DNA of 64,000 bases, taken from IMG/VR virus record IMGVR_UViG_2928716645_000002, positions 32,001 to 96,000 of that record; one strand, given 5' to 3'. Made by a program: the position numbers and the translations under genes. Positions 27,750 through 35,336 of the stretch are shown one piece after another. The notes below the pieces were generated by a model, which saw nothing but the letters and a program-made list of their open reading frames with translations, was not told the DNA's origin and made no database searches. The DNA comes from a virus (lineage: Duplodnaviria > Caudoviricetes). Numbering within the stretch: the first letter of the stretch is position 1; each line of letters begins with the position of its first letter.

Positions 27750-28202
27750 ATGGAACTGAATAACCCTCATCTGCCGCGCAAAGGTGCCCGCGTCATGAAC
27801 GGCACCGATGATCGCGATTTGGGAGTCGTCATTGACGTCCGCGACAATCCCAACGGACCGGTACAGGTGAAATGGGACGGCGGAGAAACGGGTTGGCACG
27901 GCGCCGATGGTATCTATTTGGCGCGGCCGAACTCGTTTCTTTTCAACTGTTGCGCGGGCGACATCGCGCCCGATTGGTCGCAGTTCAAATCCCTGGAAAT
28001 CGGCGGGTGCGTCACCGAGACGGAAGAGAATGGCGACACGTTCACCATCGGCGGGAAGCCCGATAGTGAAGCCGAATTCTGGACGGTTTACGCCCGCCAC
28101 CATTCTGGCGAGGCGGAAGCGATCACGGATTGCAAAACCCGCGATGCGGCGGAATGCGCCGCCTCGCAACTGCGCGACCTTTCCCACCTTCCCATGACTT
28201 GA
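27750..28202 (+). CDS. Hypothetical protein (SH3-like N-terminus, acidic C-terminal domain)
   Basis: Start MELNNPHL; G.RV...LGVVID...VQVKWDG; AEFWTVY.RH..G.AEAITDC. Confidence 0.7.
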   Translation: MELNNPHLPRKGARVMNGTDDRDLGVVIDVRDNPNGPVQVKWDGGETGWHGADGIYLARPNSFLFNCCAGDIAPDWSQFKSLEIGGCVTETEENGDTFTIGGKPDSEAEFWTVYARHHSGEAEAITDCKTRDAAECAASQLRDLSHLPMT

Positions 28203-28293
28203 CGTTGCGACACTGCGCAGTGCCTGGCGCTGCGCAGCACGGAACGCCAAAGCGGACCAACGCGCGATTGTGCGCAACGAAAAGGACTCGGAC

Positions 28294-28497
28294 ATGCGAG
28301 GGATTTGGACTCTCTACGTTGACCAATACGGCAACCATTGGGGTGCCAGCACGGTGGCAGAGCTGCGCGCCAAGATCGGCCGCGGCAGGGTCGCCAAGAT
28401 GTATCGCGACAAGCCGCACGGCGGCGCCGTCCATTGCGGCTACATCGTTGGGCCGTATTGGTGCACGGCCTATCGGCCGGTTGAACTGGCCGCCTAG
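28294..28497 (+). CDS. Small hypothetical protein, ends LAA
   Basis: After motif A + AAAAGGA; MRGIWTLYVDQYG...KMYRDK..G..VHCGYIVG..W. Confidence 0.7.
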   Translation: MRGIWTLYVDQYGNHWGASTVAELRAKIGRGRVAKMYRDKPHGGAVHCGYIVGPYWCTAYRPVELAA

Positions 28498-28559
28498 CGG
28501 CGCCGTTTCGAGACTTCACCCCGCGCGATTGTGCGCAACTGAAAGAGGAGCAATTCAAC

Positions 28560-29123
28560 ATGGCTTGGCAGTTCTATGACTTTTTCGACCATCCGACCAT
28601 CGAAGGGCCGTTGCCCGAAAAGCGCTGGATCAAGCACGCCAGCGACAAGCGACACAAGGTCCGCCACAGCTCGAAAGTCACCCGCTCCACCGGCGGCGTA
28701 TCCGCCAATGACCTGAACGAACGGCACACGCTCGAATATGCCCGCTGGCTGGCCCAGCGCGACGGGATCACTATCCCGCCCGGCTCCGAATATATCGTTC
28801 AGCGGGCTGACGTGAACGTCCCGGGCAGCAAGCCTCAATCCCGAATCCGCGCGGTCGAATTCGGCAAGCGGCGGACCACGCAAAGCGGCTACGGTCGCAG
28901 CGCCTGCACTAGGCACCATTGGGACGTCGCCGCCCGGATCGAAATTCCGAACTGGGATTGGCAACCCGCCGAACCGGTTGAGGAGATCATCCCGGAAGCG
29001 GTCCCGGTCCCGGTTGCGCCTTCCTTCAAGATCCCGGCGCGGATCCTGCGCACGTCTTGCCTTGTGCCCGTTCTGGCGCGTGTCCCGGTTGCGCCTTCCT
29101 GCGCAATCCGGCTTGCGGCTTGA
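28560..29123 (+). CDS. Hypothetical protein, ends LAA
   Basis: After motif A + GAGGAG; Pro-rich C-terminal linker with two VPVAP copies. Confidence 0.7.
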   Translation: MAWQFYDFFDHPTIEGPLPEKRWIKHASDKRHKVRHSSKVTRSTGGVSANDLNERHTLEYARWLAQRDGITIPPGSEYIVQRADVNVPGSKPQSRIRAVEFGKRRTTQSGYGRSACTRHHWDVAARIEIPNWDWQPAEPVEEIIPEAVPVPVAPSFKIPARILRTSCLVPVLARVPVAPSCAIRLAA

Positions 29124-29494
29124 TGGTGGCGCCGATGAAACGCCAGCAAGCTCCGACGTTCAGTCAGTTGTGCGACGCGCTGCAGTCGCGCCCCGCTCCG
29201 TGCTCGCAAGCCGAGTGGCGCGAGGCCTCAACCGCCATGCGCCTGGCCCGCCGCCATCCCGGCCGCGTCGGCAGGACCATCTATATCGAGTGCGGGACGT
29301 TCGCGCGGCGCGTTTACCTTGAAGCGACCTGGGGCGGGATGAATTGCTACAACGGCCCGCACCCGTTCGGTTATGTCAACATGATCGCGCATCACCGATT
29401 CATGTTCCAGCAGGGACTGCGGGAAGGCCGCGTTGCGGAGGCAAGACAATTTGCGGAGGCCTCGCGCCTCCGCGGTCCGGTGCCGCTGCCATGA
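29123..29494 (+). CDS. Hypothetical protein
   Basis: TGATG-coupled to the upstream gene. Confidence 0.55.
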   Translation: MVAPMKRQQAPTFSQLCDALQSRPAPCSQAEWREASTAMRLARRHPGRVGRTIYIECGTFARRVYLEATWGGMNCYNGPHPFGYVNMIAHHRFMFQQGLREGRVAEARQFAEASRLRGPVPLP

Positions 29495-29598
29495 CGCGGA
29501 AGCCTCAACCCCGCAAACAGCGCTGCCCGTACTGCAGGCAGCTGCGGCCCTTCTACATGATCGCAGCGCACATCACCCAATGCGAGGCCCTACGGTAG
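29491..29598 (+). CDS. 35 aa C2HC zinc-finger peptide
   Basis: ATGA-coupled; CPYC-x11-H-x3-C. Confidence 0.55.
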   Translation: MTRKPQPRKQRCPYCRQLRPFYMIAAHITQCEALR

Positions 29599-29697
29599 GG
29601 TCTCGGCTACGGCCGATTTCCGCAGTGGATGACGTTCACCCCCGGCGGCGGCTGATTCCTAATTCGCGCGATAGTGCGCAAAGCGAAAGGATGACAC

Positions 29698-29895
29698 ATG
29701 CGAACAATCAAACCCGCGACGCCCGATAACGCAATTTGCCTCGGGAACGCGATAGAGGCGATGAAAAAGGCACGCCACTGGATGCGCGCGGCCGAATGCC
29801 CGAAGGCGCTCGAAGCGCTGCAGGAAGCGCTAAAAAGCGCGGAAGGTGCAAAGCGCCACATGCAACACCGGCTGAACCGCACCGCGGCCCGCTGA
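29698..29895 (+). CDS. Small helical hypothetical protein
   Basis: After motif A + GAAAGGA. Confidence 0.65.
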   Translation: MRTIKPATPDNAICLGNAIEAMKKARHWMRAAECPKALEALQEALKSAEGAKRHMQHRLNRTAAR

Positions 29896-29941
29896 ATTCT
29901 TCCCCCTCGGCTACGGCTAATTTTGAAAGGAGATCACCTCA

Positions 29942-30844
29942 ATGAGCACAATCACGATTTGGACTTGCACCACCGAAGGCGACAACTGCGGGACCGAAAC
30001 GACGGTCCATGCCACGGAAGCCGCGGCGGTGGATTATGTGCGCGGGAGCCTGCGCGATATCCTCAAGCGGAACCCCGAGCGCCTGGCCGCGATCGAGGCC
30101 GCGACCGCAGAGAATATCGCGGAGCTCTGGGAAGACTCCGTTGACGGCCCCTGCATCATCGAAGAGCAGGCCGTTGCGTTGCCGCCGTTCGCGGTTGCAA
30201 TCTATGAAACTCGGCACGGCGACGAAACGCGACTCTACCCCAACAGCGACGCGGCGCGCGCCTGGCGCAGCGAGATCGCCGCCGAGAACTGGGCGGCACG
30301 AATGGACGAGGACAAACCAGCCGATCCGGACGAGGTAGCCGAAGCCTATTTTGAGCGCGTCGGAGAGATGCGCGGCGATTTCTTCCGGCTCGAGGAATTG
30401 GAGATTGTCGGCGGCACAGTCCCGGTTGCGCCTGCGCAGGATTGGCGCCAGATCGCGCGCGACCTGGCCGCCGCGCTCGACTCCTGCACCCATCAGATTG
30501 GCCAGATGCGCGGCATGTTCAGCGACGAGGACGGCACAATTTCGGGAGCAGTTTCCGACGCCGAAGACGCAGCCGCAGCCTACCGCCGGGCGGCCGCCGG
30601 CCTCCCGCCTGCGCCCGCGCCACAATTCATCGGACAGGATGACCGCGCTTGCGCGGAAGGCTGGGGGCTGTTCGAGAACAGCGACACCGGCAAACTGGAA
30701 ATTCAGGCCGACGCCGAGTCCTCAATCTTTGTTTGCGACGGCGTGAGCCACGACGACGAAGCCGAGGTCTTCGTAAAGACTCAGGCAGCCGCGGGCAGCG
30801 AGTACCACGCCTTGGCGCTGCTGCGCGTCGGTACCGCGCAATAG
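29942..30844 (+). CDS. Acidic multi-module hypothetical protein
   Basis: GAAAGGAG SD; two similar N-terminal modules (T.VHATEAAA / TRLYPNSDAA), VPVAP linker, strongly acidic. Confidence 0.75.
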   Translation: MSTITIWTCTTEGDNCGTETTVHATEAAAVDYVRGSLRDILKRNPERLAAIEAATAENIAELWEDSVDGPCIIEEQAVALPPFAVAIYETRHGDETRLYPNSDAARAWRSEIAAENWAARMDEDKPADPDEVAEAYFERVGEMRGDFFRLEELEIVGGTVPVAPAQDWRQIARDLAAALDSCTHQIGQMRGMFSDEDGTISGAVSDAEDAAAAYRRAAAGLPPAPAPQFIGQDDRACAEGWGLFENSDTGKLEIQADAESSIFVCDGVSHDDEAEVFVKTQAAAGSEYHALALLRVGTAQ

Positions 30845-30900
30845 TCCCGGCTACGATCGATTTTGCACCCCCGAGCTACGGCCGATTTTGCAAACACCGC

Positions 30901-30930
30901 TTGACAGATTCGGCCGACGCAAATTAGAGA
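30901..30930 (+). promoter_or_regulatory. Candidate internal promoter
   Basis: Perfect TTGACA at 30901, TAGAGA 18 bp later; sits between a motif B pair and a motif A copy. Confidence 0.5.
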
Positions 30931-30971
30931 ACCAGCCCTGCGCGATTGTGCGCAAATTGAAAGGACGAGAA

Positions 30972-33119
30972 ATGCAGCATTCCGCCACCTATTCGCCCGA
31001 CGATAACAAGCTGCGCCTTTATCCGGCGCACCGCCTCGACGCCGAGGATTACGCGCGCGTGAAGGCCGCCGGCTTCAAGTGGGCGCCGCGTCAAGAACTG
31101 TTCGTCAAACCGACCTGGAGCCCCGGCGCCGAAGACTTGCTGATTGAGATGTGCGGCGAAATCGGCGACGAAGACACCACGCTGACCGACCGCGCCGAGC
31201 AGCGCGCGGACCGCTTCGAGGAGTACAGCGACAAGCGGCTTTCGGAAGCCAACCGCGCGCGCGAGGCCGTGGACCAGATCGCGGAGCGGTTTGCGATGGG
31301 GCAGCCGATCTTGGTCGGCCATCACTCGGAGAAGAGCGCGCGGCGCGACAAGGAGAAGATGGACGCCGGCATGCGCAAGGCGCTGAAGCTCTGGGACACC
31401 TCGAATTATTGGACTGCGCGCGCGGCCGGCGCAATCGCTCACGCCAAATACAAGGAACTGCCGGCGGTGCGTCATCGCCGCATCAAGACAATTGAGTCCG
31501 ACAAGCGGAAGTTGGAACGGCTGCAGGCGGACACTGAACGCCAGCTGAAGGCCTGGCAGATCGTCGCCGACATCACCGACCCGGAGAAGCAGCGCGCGGC
31601 CGGCTTGGCCGTGGCCAACGCGGGCGGCTTTTGGTCGATGTCGTTTCCGCTGGCGGATTATCCGCGCGACCCGCCGGCCTCGCAGTATGAGGGACCGATG
31701 GGGCTTTGGTCGGCGATTGACGGGAACGTCATCACCGCCGCGCAGGCTGCCGCTATCGCGATTCCGAGCCTGGAGCGGTCCGGGCCTTCGCGAGCCCGTT
31801 GGTTGGCCCACTATGACAACCGGCTGGCCTACGAACGCGCGATGCTGGCCGAACAGATCGGCGCCGAGGCCACCGCTAACCCGCTGGCCGACCGCTTCGC
31901 CTTCGCCGTCGGCGGTCAGATTCAGACGCGCCGCGGCGACGAGTGGCTTACGATTGTGAAGGTCAGCAGGGGCGCTAACGGTTCGGTTTCCAGCATTCAA
32001 ACCGCGGCCCCCTCAGGATCGCGCGGGCGCGGTGTTTACTGGAAGGTCGAAAGCGTCCGCGACTATCGCGCGCCGACCGCCGAGAACGTCGCCACGGCGA
32101 AGGCAGCCACCAAGCTGCCGCCGCTCTGCAACTATCCCGGCGAGGGATTCCGCGAAATGACGGAGGCCGAATGGAAGGGCCGCCGGCAGTGGTCGGATTT
32201 CTCCTATGTGCGCGGCATTGAGGCAACCGAGACCGCACAGAAGCACCGCGCGCGATTCATGCCGGTACCGGGCAAGATGTGGGAGCGCCAGCAAGTTTTC
32301 ATTACGGATGCAAAGCGCGTCGATCCGCCCAGGATCGCGCCGGCAGCCGAGCCGCAGGCGCCCGCGGAATTTGTCGCCGAATATGTAGCGCCGCCGGTCG
32401 CCGATCTTGACGCCACGCTGGAAGTGGTCGGCGAGATCATGGCGGAGCCGTCGCCGGTTGAGACGGTGCCGGAGGTCGTCCCGGTTGCGCCCGCGGAGGC
32501 GTCGCGCCATCTCCCGGATACGGCCGATTTGCCGGCGCCCTCTTCGGCCGACACGTTCGAGGCCATGCGGGCAATGCTGAAAGGCGGCGGCGTGCAAGTC
32601 GTCGTCGCGCCGCAGTTGTTCCCGACATCGCACGCACTGGCGGGCGACGTCGCAGAGCTCGCCGACATCCGAGACGGGCACCGTGTGCTTGAGCCTAGCG
32701 CCGGCACTGGCGTGTTGATCGAGGCGGCGCGCCGCAATGTCGACGGCTACATCGATATTGTCGCGGTCGAGATCAACCCGACGCTTGCGCGCGGCCTGGC
32801 CGGTCGGTTTCCCGGCGTCAAGGTCATCAACGCCGACTTCCTCGAGGTGGACAGCTCCGAGATGGTCGGGAAGTTCGACCGCATCCTGATGAATTCGCCA
32901 TTCGAACGCGGCGCAGACATCAGACATATCGAGCACGCGCGCACGTTTCTGCGGCCTGGTGGCCGGCTCGTCGCGATCTGCGCGGACGGTCCACGCCAGC
33001 GCGCGAAGTTCGAACCGATCGCGACGGAGTATCGCGCCCTGCCCGCCGGGTCCTTCAAGGCCGCCGGCACAATGGTCAACACGGCGCTCGTCGTCATCGA
33101 CGGGCCGCCGCCGGGGTAA
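30972..33119 (+). CDS. DUF3560-domain protein fused to an N6-adenine-type DNA methyltransferase
   Basis: ATYSPDDNKLRLY, GQPILVGHHSEKSARRD (DUF3560); C-terminal VLEPSAGTG, AVEIN, ADFL, FDRILMNSPF, LRPGGRLVAI. Confidence 0.88.
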   Translation: MQHSATYSPDDNKLRLYPAHRLDAEDYARVKAAGFKWAPRQELFVKPTWSPGAEDLLIEMCGEIGDEDTTLTDRAEQRADRFEEYSDKRLSEANRAREAVDQIAERFAMGQPILVGHHSEKSARRDKEKMDAGMRKALKLWDTSNYWTARAAGAIAHAKYKELPAVRHRRIKTIESDKRKLERLQADTERQLKAWQIVADITDPEKQRAAGLAVANAGGFWSMSFPLADYPRDPPASQYEGPMGLWSAIDGNVITAAQAAAIAIPSLERSGPSRARWLAHYDNRLAYERAMLAEQIGAEATANPLADRFAFAVGGQIQTRRGDEWLTIVKVSRGANGSVSSIQTAAPSGSRGRGVYWKVESVRDYRAPTAENVATAKAATKLPPLCNYPGEGFREMTEAEWKGRRQWSDFSYVRGIEATETAQKHRARFMPVPGKMWERQQVFITDAKRVDPPRIAPAAEPQAPAEFVAEYVAPPVADLDATLEVVGEIMAEPSPVETVPEVVPVAPAEASRHLPDTADLPAPSSADTFEAMRAMLKGGGVQVVVAPQLFPTSHALAGDVAELADIRDGHRVLEPSAGTGVLIEAARRNVDGYIDIVAVEINPTLARGLAGRFPGVKVINADFLEVDSSEMVGKFDRILMNSPFERGADIRHIEHARTFLRPGGRLVAICADGPRQRAKFEPIATEYRALPAGSFKAAGTMVNTALVVIDGPPPG

Positions 33120-33196
33120 TTCCGGCCGCCCTCCCGCTTACGACCGATTTCCCATCCTCCCCTCGGCTACGGCCGATTCCGAAAGGAGCTTGATTC

Positions 33197-33754
33197 ATGT
33201 CCGACCGCTTTACCTCTGAGGAAATGCACCTGCTGAAGCAACTTCAGAACGGCCCGCAGCGCGACCGCGACCGCATACCTGAACGTGTTCTCGTCAATAG
33301 CGGGATGGCCCGGCGTGCCGATTCTGGGATGATCGAGATCACAAACGCCGGCCGCGCATGGATGGATTTGCCTGACGTCGGCGAGGAACTCGGCCGCGCT
33401 CGCGCCAGCATCCATAGTTTCGACCGCTTCAAGGCAGGCGATCCGGCGCGCAGCATTTTCCGAAAGATGGGCCTTCTGGAGTATCTCGATGCGGCGCAGA
33501 GCTGGGGGCAGTTGCGGGCGCTCATCGTGCGATTCAACGACCCCGACAAGGGTCACTTCGTGAAGCGAGCCAAGCAATGCGACGGCGTCTGCAGTTCGGG
33601 CGAGCGCGTCTTACTGCATGCCATCCTCTACGTGACCGACTTCGCCTGGCTGGCCGACAAGCTGGGTGGCAAAGAGGTATGGCAGAACATGAACCGTGCC
33701 GGCGGTGAACACCGTGCGGCGGTTGCGGCCTGCATCGGCGCTGAGGTGTACTGA
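33197..33754 (+). CDS. Hypothetical protein (wHTH-like N-terminus)
   Basis: GAAAGGAG SD after a motif B pair; LVNSGMA...IEITNAGRA. Confidence 0.7.
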   Translation: MSDRFTSEEMHLLKQLQNGPQRDRDRIPERVLVNSGMARRADSGMIEITNAGRAWMDLPDVGEELGRARASIHSFDRFKAGDPARSIFRKMGLLEYLDAAQSWGQLRALIVRFNDPDKGHFVKRAKQCDGVCSSGERVLLHAILYVTDFAWLADKLGGKEVWQNMNRAGGEHRAAVAACIGAEVY

Positions 33755-33755
33755 C

Positions 33756-34034
33756 ATGGCAAGCGCGCAACTGCTAATCGCCGCCGGCTTCAGGGTCACC
33801 ACGCGCGCCGAGTTCGACGCCGCCACCGACGTGCCCGCCGGGATGCGCCTGGTGGCCACGCGCATCTTCAAGCGATGGGGCGGCGACTTCGTGGTGTACG
33901 ACCCGGCCGGCGGCGATGACGGCTGGCTACTGATCGATTATGATCGCGACCAGATCATCGGCGAGACGATCGAGCACCTCGGGCGGCTCGCACCGCCCGA
34001 GCCGCCGGCGCCGGCACAAGGTTCGCTGTTCTGA
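33756..34034 (+). CDS. Hypothetical protein with C-terminal clamp-binding-like motif QGSLF
   Basis: Start MASAQLL; ends PAPAQGSLF. Confidence 0.65.
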   Translation: MASAQLLIAAGFRVTTRAEFDAATDVPAGMRLVATRIFKRWGGDFVVYDPAGGDDGWLLIDYDRDQIIGETIEHLGRLAPPEPPAPAQGSLF

Positions 34035-34078
34035 TACCGGATACGATCGATTTTGAAACTGGAAAGGAGAGAACGCAG

Positions 34079-34528
34079 ATGCAGCATAGCAACGTGATTA
34101 ACCGCCTTCTCGGTACCGGCACACTCACATGGGCAAGCGCCGAACGCCGGAGCGACCGTTACGGAACGGTTTATCTGATACCGCATCGCCATAACTCCCT
34201 CACGCGCAATCCCTCTGTGTCGCTCATCGACGTTGAGGCGGCTCGCGCGTTTGAGGGACGCCGGGGAGACCTGGTCGCGGTTGTGAAAGAGACACGGGAA
34301 AGCACTCACATCGGAGACCTGTTCCGCGGCGTCTCTCCCCGTACGCCGGAGGTCGGCCAAATCATCGCGCTCGGTTCGGGAACGCTGATTATTGAGCCCG
34401 CACCAGAGGGCGGCGTGATGGTCGGCCTTCGACCCGACGACGGTCGCGATAGCGATTGGTTGCGCATCCGGGCGCTCTACGACGCGCATGAACAGACCGT
34501 CGACCTGCACTTCCATCCGACGAAGTGA
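34079..34528 (+). CDS. Hypothetical protein
   Basis: GGAAAGGAG SD; LTW...ERRSDRYG.V.L, ETRESTHIGDLFRG motifs. Confidence 0.7.
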   Translation: MQHSNVINRLLGTGTLTWASAERRSDRYGTVYLIPHRHNSLTRNPSVSLIDVEAARAFEGRRGDLVAVVKETRESTHIGDLFRGVSPRTPEVGQIIALGSGTLIIEPAPEGGVMVGLRPDDGRDSDWLRIRALYDAHEQTVDLHFHPTK

Positions 34529-34538
34529 GGCCGCGGTC

Positions 34539-34913
34539 ATGTCGAGAACCGTCCGCCGCGTGCCCGCCGACTGGCAGCATCCTCGCAACTCCTCCGGCCG
34601 CTACATCCCGCTGGCTTATGCCCTCCCGGATGCGCCCACGCCCTACCCGGCCGCCAGCTATATGCCGGCATGGCCGACCGCGGAGCGGACGCATTGGCAG
34701 TTGTACGAGACCACCAGCGCCGGCACGCCGGTTTCGCCGCCCTGCCCATCGCCCGAGGCTTTGGCCAAATGGCTGGCCGACCACCACACGGAGGCCGCGC
34801 CGGGATTCACGGGAACTGAGGCGCAATGGCTCGGCGCAATCAAGCGCGGCGGCGTCATCCCGCCGGTGATGTCCGTCGGCAAGCGCCTGGTCAATCCGCT
34901 CGACTACACCTGA
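34539..34913 (+). CDS. Hypothetical protein
   Basis: MSRTVRRVPADWQHP...YMPAW...THWQLYETTSAGTPVSP...EALAKWL. Confidence 0.7.
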   Translation: MSRTVRRVPADWQHPRNSSGRYIPLAYALPDAPTPYPAASYMPAWPTAERTHWQLYETTSAGTPVSPPCPSPEALAKWLADHHTEAAPGFTGTEAQWLGAIKRGGVIPPVMSVGKRLVNPLDYT

Positions 34914-35006
34914 TCGGCCGGGACTCCCGGCTACGATCGATTTTGTGCTACCCCCTCGGCTACGGCCGATTCCGGGCGACTGTGCCCAACCGGAAAGGAT
35001 CCTGAG

Positions 35007-35330
35007 ATGTCACCACCACGATTTGTCCACCGCAAGATCTCGAGCGACGATTTCAAGGCCGAACTGGCCAAGCAGGGCATGTCGGTGTCGGCGTTCGCGC
35101 GGGTCTGGTGCCAGAACCTCTCGACCGTCAGGAAGTGGGCGAACGGCGGGAACGATATCCCGACCTGGGTGCCGATCGCGCTGACCATGATGACGCTGCC
35201 GAATGCCCACGGGACCGCACGCATGGCGGCCGCGGCGATGATCCAGCAGGACCGGCTGCATCCCGAGCTCGGTGAATTTCCCTATCAGAAACTGCGGCAG
35301 ATGCCGGCGGACGACGAGATCGAGGAATAG
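35007..35330 (+). CDS. XRE-like HTH protein, right end of the array
   Basis: ISSDDFKAELAKQGMSVSAFARVWCQNLSTVRKWANG..DIP.WV; preceded by motif B pair and the variant motif A. Confidence 0.75.
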   Translation: MSPPRFVHRKISSDDFKAELAKQGMSVSAFARVWCQNLSTVRKWANGGNDIPTWVPIALTMMTLPNAHGTARMAAAAMIQQDRLHPELGEFPYQKLRQMPADDEIEE

Positions 35331-35336
35331 CCCCGG

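Larger units (their letters stand above)
25924..34987 (+). repeat. Dispersed repeat A: GCGCR-AYWG-TGCGC hairpin + AA + (G)AAAGG SD, 9 copies
   Basis: Copies start at 25924, 26364, 26532, 27504, 28262, 28523, 29666, 30940 and 34974 (GGGCG-ACTG-TGCCC). Each is just 5' of an SD and ATG, always on the plus strand. Confidence 0.92.
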
